A stretch of 64,000 nt of DNA, from assembly GCF_009914755.1 (NCBI RefSeq), contig NC_060933.1; one strand, written 5' to 3'. Under the pieces are notes generated by a model that saw only the letters and a list, made by a program, of their open reading frames with translations, ran no database searches and was not told where the DNA came from. The position numbers and the translations under genes are program-made. Shown piece by piece: positions 52,191-64,000 of this stretch (its first letter is position 1; every line of letters starts with the position of its first letter). This stretch comes from the human T2T-CHM13v2.0 reference genome, Homo sapiens.

Positions 52191-53161
52191 TTATTGTGTT
52201 TTGAATTGCATTGCTTTATGCTGTAAGAACAGGTCTTTGTGAAGTTCAGTGAGACTTGCTTCCAGGCTTCTACTTTATTCCATGAAGTATCTTATCAAAG
52301 AATTTAAGCTAATTGAGTCTGTGACCATCCATAGTAGCACTACTCACCTCTGTTATTATCTTTCTTTTTTCTCATAGTTCTCTCACTACACAAAGTATCC
52401 TAAGTATGTTGACTACAACAAAATGGCAACTTCCTGAGGACAGGGAGCTTGTCTTTGTCTCACTGAGCATATATGTGCTCAAATATTTCTTGAGAAAGGA
52501 ACAAGGACCTAAATCTGCTAGATACTACCAGGCAGTGGATTTCTGGTAATTAACAAGACATTACCTACCTTCCCCTAGCTTAGCGTCTAGAGGTGGAGAT
52601 GATAAGGACTATGATGAGAGACAACAGAGCAGAAGACAAGGACAGGAATTCTCATAGTTGGCAGGCGCTTCTCTGAAGAGGTAACACTGACACTCACACT
52701 CAAAAGGTGGGAGGGAAGAGATCATGTGCAGAATAGAATGGAGGGTAAGCCCCCACTCAGGAAAACCAGCGCTCACTATGGGAAAGATTTTATCCCATTT
52801 GAGGAAGACATAAAAGTCAAGTGCAGACACTTGAAGCCATTAAGAATGTTCCTTTGGCTTTACTCTGAGAAGTGCCTACCACAAGCCAGGCTAGCAAACA
52901 CCTTCTCTTTTGTCTGAGCTAGACTGTCAAGCAAACCTCAGTGATGAAGAAGGCAAAGTGATATGGGTCCTTTCCTTTTTTTAAAGTAATTATTTCTTAT
53001 TCAAATCAAGAAGTTAATTTGTGAAAATGTCCGTCACTCCCAGGCCAACTAGACCAAGACAAGAGTAATCAGAGCAATGGAGAGTGCGACTGAGAGAGAA
53101 TAAGAATGACTATCCCTTTACAAACCCACCAGAATGGCTGCTTACGAATCTGGCTGGCTAG

Positions 53162-53472
<311 letters not shown>

Positions 53473-53849
53473 TAGAATAACTATTTTCTTGTTATTCTGA
53501 AGCTACTTTGGGTTCTTTTCTCAGTTCACAAATATTACACACATTTTTCAAATAGCAGAGATTCTTAAATATTCTGAATTTGAAGCCATATCACCCGACG
53601 CTCATTCAAACTGCATGAAACTGATTATCATTAAAAAATCATGACTATTATTAAAAGTGATGCAGTACAAACTGTTTTAGGGTAACAGAGTTAAAGAGGA
53701 AAAGGCCTTCTTTGTAGGAAAAAATAGAGTTAATAATTTCACAAGGATTAAAAGACTATCACCACCGTGCAACCTGAAATAATGGTTGTAGGCAATATTC
53801 ATCAGCGGCTGCTAAATCCATTCATGATAGCTTAGTAAGAATTTCTTGA

Positions 53850-55100
53850 GATAAAATAACATAAAATTTATCATTAACTAAAGTTTATCATTTTAACCAA
53901 TTTTAAGTGTACAGTTCAGTGGAATTAAGAATATTCACATGGATGTGCAACCATCCCCACCATCCATCTCCAAAATTTTTTCATCTTCCCTAATTGAAAA
54001 TCTGTACCCATTAAAAAACATAACTTCCTCTTCCTTCCCCCGCCTACCCCCTGACAACCACCTTTCTAATTTCTGTATCTATGGGTGTGATTACTTTAGA
54101 TACCCCATATAAGTGAAATCATACAATATCTGTCCTTTATGACTGGATTATTTCATTCCCTTAGCATAATGTCTTCAGAGTTCACTCATGTTATAGCAAC
54201 TATCAGAATTTCATTCTATTTTAAGGCTGAATATGCACCATTGCATGTATATACCATATTTCATTTATCTATTCATCCATTAATGGACACTTGGGTTACT
54301 TCCACATGCTAGCTGTTGTGAATAATGCTGTTAGGAACACGAGAATATAAATATCTGTTCAAGTCCCTGCTTTCAATTTCTTTAGATATATTCCCACAAG
54401 TGCCATTTCTGGGTCATATGGTAATTCTCTGTTTAATTTTTGAGAAGCTGCTACGCTGTTTCCCACAGCAGCTATAGCATTCCAGCAATATGCAAGCATT
54501 CAAATTTTTCTTCATCCTGACCAACACTTGTTTTTTTTTTTAAATAATAACCATTCTAATCAGTGTGAAGTCGTATCTCGCAATTTTGATTTGTATTTCC
54601 CTCATGACTGGTGATGTTGGCTATCTTTTCATGTGTCTGTAAGCCATTTGTATATCTTCTTTGGGGAAATGTCTCTATTCATGTCCTTTGCACATCTTCA
54701 AGCTAGATTGTTTCTTTTTGTTGTCACATTGTAGCAATTATTTATATATTCTAGATATTAATCCCTTATCAGATATGTGATTAGCAAACATTTTCTCCCA
54801 GTCTGTGTATTACCTTTTCACTCTACTGAGACTGTTTTGATGCACAAAAGTTACTAATTTTGATAAATTCCAATGTATCTATTTTTCTTTTGCTGCCTGT
54901 ACATTTTATGTCAGATCTAGAGAACCATTGCCAAATCCAGTGTTGTGAAGAGTTTCCTCCATTGTGTTCTAAAGTTGCAGAGTTTTAGCACTTAACGTTT
55001 AGGTCTCTGATCCATTTTGAGTTAATTTTTGTATATGGTGTAAGGTAAGGGTCAGCTCATTCATTTGCATATAGATATCTACTTTTCCAGCACCATTTTG
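53850..55100 (-). mobile_element. L1MB 3' end
   Basis: tttaagtgtacagttcagtgg...caaccatccccaccatccatctcc. Confidence 0.75.
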
Positions 55101-55815
55101 CTGCTTCTAGGATAGGTAGATTCATTTTAAATTATCAAATTTGGAAAGTTTCAGTCATTTTCTTTCCCTCCTTTTTTTCTCAGTGTGCATACATTAGTAT
55201 GTCTGATGATGCCTCACAGGTCTCTCAAGCTCTGTTCATTATTGTTTATTCTTTTTTCTTTCTGTTTCTCCAACTGAAGAATTTCAAATGACTTATCTTC
55301 AAGATTGTTAATTCTACCTTCTGCCTGCTCAAATGTATTGTTGAAAGCCTCTGGTGACCTTTTCATCTTGCATATTGTACATTTCATTTCCTAAATTTTT
55401 ATTTTGTTCCTTTTATGTTTCCACTTCCCTGATGATATTTTCTAGTTTTTATACATTGCATTCTGCTTTCCTTTTGTTACTTTTCCATGGTTTCCTTTAA
55501 GATCTTTGAGCATCTATAGGACATTTGATTTAAAGTTTTTGTCTATAAAGTTCAATGTCTGTTCTTGCTCAAGGATACTTTCTCTTTTCTCTTTTCCTGT
55601 AAATTAGCCATTTTTTTCTTATGTCTTTGCATGACTTAGAATATTTTGTTGAAAACTGGACATTTTAAATGTTATAATGTGGTCACTCTGAAAATACGTT
55701 TTTCTCTTTTAAAGTTCTGTTACTGTTGTTCACCATGGTTTGTAGTTGCTTATTTGTATACTGACTTTTATAAACCAGTTTTTTAAAGACTGTATTCTTT
55801 GTTTTTCATGGCACC

Positions 55816-56148
55816 TGCTATGGTATATGTCTTCCCTCAAAATTCCTATGTTGGAATCCTAACCGCCAAGGTAATGGTGTGAAGAGGTGAGGCCTTGGGA
55901 AATGATTAGATCTTGAGAGCTGATACTTCATGATTGGGATTAATGTCCTTATAAAAGAAACTTCAGAGAGTTGAGTAGCCCCTTCCATCATGTAGGGACA
56001 CGGTGAGAAGGCACTGTCTATGAAAGGGCAGGCTGGCACCTTGATCTTGGACTTTCTAACCTCCAGAACTGTAAGAAATAAATTTCTGCTGTTTATTAAC
56101 TACCCAGTTTATTGTATTTTGTTACAGAAGCCCAAATGGACTAAGATA
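55816..56148 (+). mobile_element. MST/MLT1A-type MaLR LTR
   Basis: tgctatgg...cttggactttctaacctccagaactgtaagaaataaatttctg...ggactaagata. Confidence 0.75.
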
Positions 56149-58439
56149 GCCTCTGAAGTTTTTGTTCCTTTATCTTGTGGTCAGCTAGTGGTTTGACAGA
56201 GATTTCCTTAAACACATGTTTCAGTTGCCTCTGTTTTGGCGTAGCATTTGCTCAGTTGCTGTAAACTGTGACTATTTTTCAGAGTTCTGAGAAAGTTGAT
56301 TCTGACAGATTTTGCTCTGTTTTTGTGTGTGTGTTTCTGTGGAGGATGAGCCCTGATGCTTTCTACCTTACCATTTTCCCTGGCATCACTCAACAGCTCT
56401 AAGAGCTTTCAAGTTTTGACAATTCTTACAGGATATCTTTCCAGTGTTTGTTCTCTGATGTCTAATATTGGAGAGCCATCTCTTTTTCTTAAATATTGAT
56501 AACACAAGGCCAGTGAATTCATACTCAGGTTATGAGGGCCTGCAGTGCATACTTACAGGGCAGTTTTCTTGAAGAAAATATATTTATGCCCAGATCTCAT
56601 AGTTTCCTAGAAACATACTTTTGCTCTTTACGGAGCAAGTATACTCCCCAAAGTTGTGAATAAAACTGAAATAAATGGTTTTTTTAATTCTTTACTCTTT
56701 TCTAAGATGTTATCAAGTTGATGGTCCTCTAAAAATGATAAAAAAATAAGGTCTCTTAATCTTTTCTTATAAAATAAAACTTATATACACAAGCCTTATT
56801 ACAGATTAGATATTTTGGTTTCTGGCATATTATCCACAGAATAAAGTGATTCCAAGTGTATATTTTCTATATTTTCTTCATTTGGAAAAGAAATATGTTC
56901 AGAAAAATTCTCTTTGGGAAACTGGCATTGAATGTACACAGGTATTTTGGCATTTTAAAATGTGATTTTTCAAAACTCAGTGGGAAAGAGAAATAAAGGG
57001 AAGAAATAGTGAATAGAGAACAATAGTCTTTAAGATTAATTCTAGGAATGGAAAATCAGATAACATAGTGAACTAAACAAGACATGTGAAGAGTAAGTAG
57101 AATAAAAAGGAAAATCAGTGCACAAAAATTGTCAGGACTTTATCAGAGACAGGGTTTAGATTAGAGAGGGATAACAGGGTCCAGATTCTCCAACTGTCAA
57201 GTAAAAATTACATTGGTAGGATACTCATTAGTCCATATACTTCCGGTTGGACTTCTCTCTTTACCATTCCACTCATCATGAAAATAAATTTAGGATGTCA
57301 AAAGTTACCTATATTTAAAGAACAGACTTATAACCCAAGCTGTAATATCCCTATCACATCACAGACATAAATGCACAAGCAGAAGTATGAAACTGGTGGG
57401 AGTAAAAGTCATTTTCCACTTCTCTGGATTGGGTTCATCACTCTATCTTGGCTCCGTTGTCTATTTATGATATCAGTGTTGTTCAACAGTGATCATCCTC
57501 ACCACCAAATTACAATTTTCCTCTTTCCCATCTGTTCACTTATTTTTGCCAAAACAGTCATTTCCCTGATGCATCTTCAACTCATTTTCCACCTACTTTT
57601 CAAGATATTTAGTTTCTATTGATTCAAAGAGCCTTAGACATACTCCTTAGAGTTTTTAGTTTTGATTTCTTACAAAAATTCTTGTGTGTACTCTACTGTT
57701 ATCATCCTGCTGCTACCCACATTCCAGGCAACAATGTTAGGCCAGTCCTGTAAAACCTAATATGGCCCCGAAATCACTGCTTAAGATACTAGTAGATAAA
57801 AGAATTAAGAGACAACATTCTTAAAACAAAAGTTTTACCTCAATTGCATGGACATTTGGTGTTCACACTACCACTCTACAAATCCATAGTGTGGTCTGCT
57901 TTAGTCTAGACAAGCTGTTAATCCCTTTTAAATGTTTTGTTTCCAAAAATAATTTTATACTGAAAGCTTGTCATACGTGTACCCTGCATGCCATCACAAC
58001 ACAAAAAAAAATGCTGGTGCCCTGGATGTGATTGTGGCCGTGAGCAATAAAATCCTTTGTCTTTGACCCAGAAGTCTTGTATCTCCTGCCAGAATCCATG
58101 AAACTTGGCAAGCTAACATGTTAGCTTGCAGATAGGGTAAAATGTCATGCCCTTTATAATTCTTGACTAGAATCTTACATAATTTCCATAATTATCATTT
58201 AGTTAGAGCTCTGTGGCCTGATGAGAGTCATGAACCACATGTAACTATTTGCCTTTATTATTTAATATAACAACAAATCAGTTCCTCAGTCACTTTAGCC
58301 ACATTTAATGTGCCCAATAGCTACTTGTGTCAAGTAACTATTGTGTTGAAAATCCAAGTATAGACCATTCCCATTATTTGGAGCAATTTTAACAGGACAA
58401 TGTTTGTTTAAACATTATTTAGTAATTCCTATTTCATAA

Positions 58440-58759
<320 letters not shown>

Positions 58760-59107
58760 TCAGTATGTTTATCTTTCAACTCATTCTTCAACCTCCAATT
58801 TTAGTTTCCTTTATTTCTAAGTTTTTATATTTGTAATGTTAATTATAATTTTACTAATTAGTTTGTCAGCTTTAAGTAATATTGCCGGTGCCTAGTTACA
58901 TTCTGTACCTTACTTTCCACCTTACTCTCCCACATTAGATACATCATTTCTAAATTTCCCAAAGTAAAGTTCTGTAAAAGCAGAGTCTTGAGAGAAATGT
59001 TTTCAAGTGCCCACTTCTGATTATCTAGGATCTCCTCCTGGATACTTTTTGACGGTAATCAATGACGCCTGGGGCCTTTCTGTTCACACACTTCCTGTAA
59101 TAACAAT

Positions 59108-59367
59108 GGAGGCTGAGGGCGGTGGATCACCTGAGGTCAGGAGCTCGAGACAAGCCTGGCCATCATGGCAAAACCCCATCTCTACCAAAAAATACAAAAA
59201 TTAGCCAGGCATGGTGGTGCATGCCTGTGGTCCCAGCTACTCAGGAGGCTGAGGCAGAAGGATCTCTTCAGCCCAGGGAGGTGGAGGTTGCAGTGAGCCA
59301 GGATTGTGCCATTGCACTTCAGCCTGGGCGACAGAGCGAGACTGTCAAAAAAAAAAAAAAAAAAAAG
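59108..59367 (+). mobile_element. 5'-truncated Alu
   Basis: TSD aacaatggagg overlaps the Alu ggagg (5' microhomology). Confidence 0.88.
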
Positions 59368-60079
59368 GAACAATGGAGGTTCTCTTTGCTCCAACTTACC
59401 TGAAGATCACTTCTGGTTTTGTAGTGCAGTACAATTTAAATGAAAAATAATTTAGAATGTGGGCCAGCCACATGGATTTTAATGCTTCTGAAGGTAGAAG
59501 AAAAGACAATTTTAGATTTGGTCAAATGAAATCCTCATATTAACTTCTTTTGGGCAAAACTGACAACAAAACTATTCTTTCCATTACCTAAATGGGATCA
59601 ATCACTGTAGATGCCCCTGAATCATAAGCCTAAATGACATTAAACTTTAATGAGTCCATTAAACTTTAATAAAAGTTCAAACAATATACTATCTAAAAGA
59701 AACTATACTATTTTGACAGAAATACGTTAGAAGTAAAAGAATGCAAAAAATTACAACATGAAAATACTAAACATAATAAAGTTGGAGTCGCTACTTCAAT
59801 ATCAAATAAAATAAAGTTCAGATAAAGCAATATTACCAGGCATGAAGAGAACACTGCTTAACAATAAAGGGGACAATTCAGAAAGAGTACATCGAAATCC
59901 TAAATATTTATGCACCAAATTACAGAACTTTAAAATGCCTTAAGCAAATCTGTAGTGCAAAAAGAAAAAATAGCCAAACCCACAATTAAAGGGTAGAGAT
60001 TTCAACACTCTTTTGTCAACAATTGATAGCAAAAATAAACAGAAATGTGTAAGGGAAGAGCCCCATCATGGGTTGGCTG

Positions 60080-60362
60080 TTTTTTTTTTTTTACAGTCTC
60101 ACTCTGTCACCAGGCTGGAGTAAAGTGGCGCGATCTTGGCTCACTGCAACCTCCACCCTCCACCTCCCAGGTTCAAGCAATTCTCCTGCCTCAGTCTCCC
60201 GAATAGCTGGGACTACAGGCACCCTCCACCACGCCCAGTTAATTTTTGTATTTTTAGTAGAGATGAGGTTTCGCCATGTTAGCCAGGATGGTGTCCATCT
60301 CCCGACCTCGCGATCCGCCCACCTCGGCCTCCCAAAGTGCTAGGATTACAGGCGTAAGCCAC
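60080..60362 (-). mobile_element. AluS (Sc-like)
   Basis: Alu consensus match. Confidence 0.88.
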
Positions 60363-60418
60363 ATGGTGGCCTTTCTGTATGTATCCCTATAGGACAAGCA
60401 ACAAAGATTTGAACTGCT

Positions 60419-60600
60419 GGCCAGGCACGGTGGCTCACACCTGTAATCCCAGCACTTTGGGAGGCCGAGGCAGGCAGATCATGAGGTCAGGAGATCGAGA
60501 CCATCCTGGCCAACACGGTGAAACCTGTAATCCCAGCACTTTGGACTGCACTCCAGCCTGAATGACAGAGCGAAACTCCGTCTCAAAAAAAAAAAAAAAA
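60419..60600 (+). mobile_element. Internally deleted and rearranged Alu
   Basis: Left arm, then a recopied 22-mer, then 3' end and poly-A. Confidence 0.88.
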
Positions 60601-61539
60601 TGGAACTGCCTCTAATCTGAGTCTTGCCATAGCAGCTTGCAATTCTCCTGGAACATAAGAAAAAGGCTTGGGAGAAGCTGCCTCAATACCATCACCCATT
60701 TGCCTCCCTATCCCTCTTAGGAGGTTGTTATAAGACAGTTGCTTATTACCTGCTGGTATGTGGAATGATGCTTTCTGCTCTACTCCTACCTAGGGTTTAG
60801 CTACAGACCATAATGCCCTTTACTGTCATCTAGAATTTGTTCCTCAGGAATGTGGTCTCCCACGAGTTATGTTGCAGTTATCTGACCCTTTTTACATTAG
60901 TGGTGCCCTTTTAGGCATGTGGCACAAGGGCTGGGAGCTGTCACCTTTGGCTACTCTTTCTTTCATTGTCTCTGTAATAAACTCCTTGAATCTATAAGCA
61001 ACTTGGTGTGTCTTTCTAGACCAAATGACTTCGTTGTTGGCCTTGCCTGCTGTGTGTGCCTGACTCCACCCTACATGGGCCAATACAGCTTCAATGTTCC
61101 TCTGGAAGATATGGGGCCATGTGGACAAGGTTGGGGATAAGATAGATTCCCTGCACAGGTTCTCACCTACATGGTGGGATAAAAGGGGAGGGTGATACAA
61201 GCTCTCCAAACAAAGGATGAAATGGAGCAGTTTAGGAGAGATAAGACTCTCCAAGATTTAGTATTAGATGGGATTGCATGAGACAGATTAGGGGATGACA
61301 TAAAAATTGCTGAAATCTGGTTGCATATGCTCTCTCCTAAGGGTCAGGCAAATCCTATTCTACCCATTTAGGGCCTGTATGGGTCAAGCTAGAGAATATT
61401 AGAAGACTCCCTGGGATCTGATAGCATATGCTGTCTGTTGATACATGTTTGGAGTCAGGCAGCTGGAGATGGGATTGAAACCAGCTACCAACTTGTGCCT
61501 TACATTTAAGTGTGTTAAGTATTTCTCTTGACAAAGAAA

Positions 61540-64000
<2,461 letters not shown>

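Overview
Human (primate) genomic DNA, roughly two-thirds interspersed repeats. It contains one gene: a minus-strand KRAB C2H2 zinc-finger locus that I recognise as the ZNF658 segmental-duplication paralog ZNF658B (recognition from memory, not a database search). Layout: CpG-island promoter at about 45.7-46.3 kb, ATG exon 43185-43243, KRAB-A exon 38391-38517, KRAB-B exon 38020-38115, and a terminal exon starting at 28966. One extra A in an A7 run (28452-28458) splits the frame into a 252-aa KRAB-only product and an overlapping, otherwise intact 819-aa ORF with 20 canonical fingers. Repeats include a near full-length, TSD-flanked, dead L1PA5-like element (7155-12976), a young L1PA2-type 3' fragment, about 20 Alus, nested ERV LTRs, DNA-transposon fossils (MER75A, MER2, Tigger1) and old L1M fragments. 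I see no proven new system. The best leads are: (1) the premature stop sits in a CUU-UGA-U context where a +1 shift would restore a 1063-aa protein; (2) exons 2-4 would form a 282-nt stop-free circle encoding repeating KRAB; (3) a decayed ZNF510-like first coding exon in intron 1 that may now be a uORF; (4) a fossil zinc-finger relic at about 56.4 kb; (5) an unidentified polyadenylated retro-insert at about 31.4 kb; (6) several locally templated insertions.
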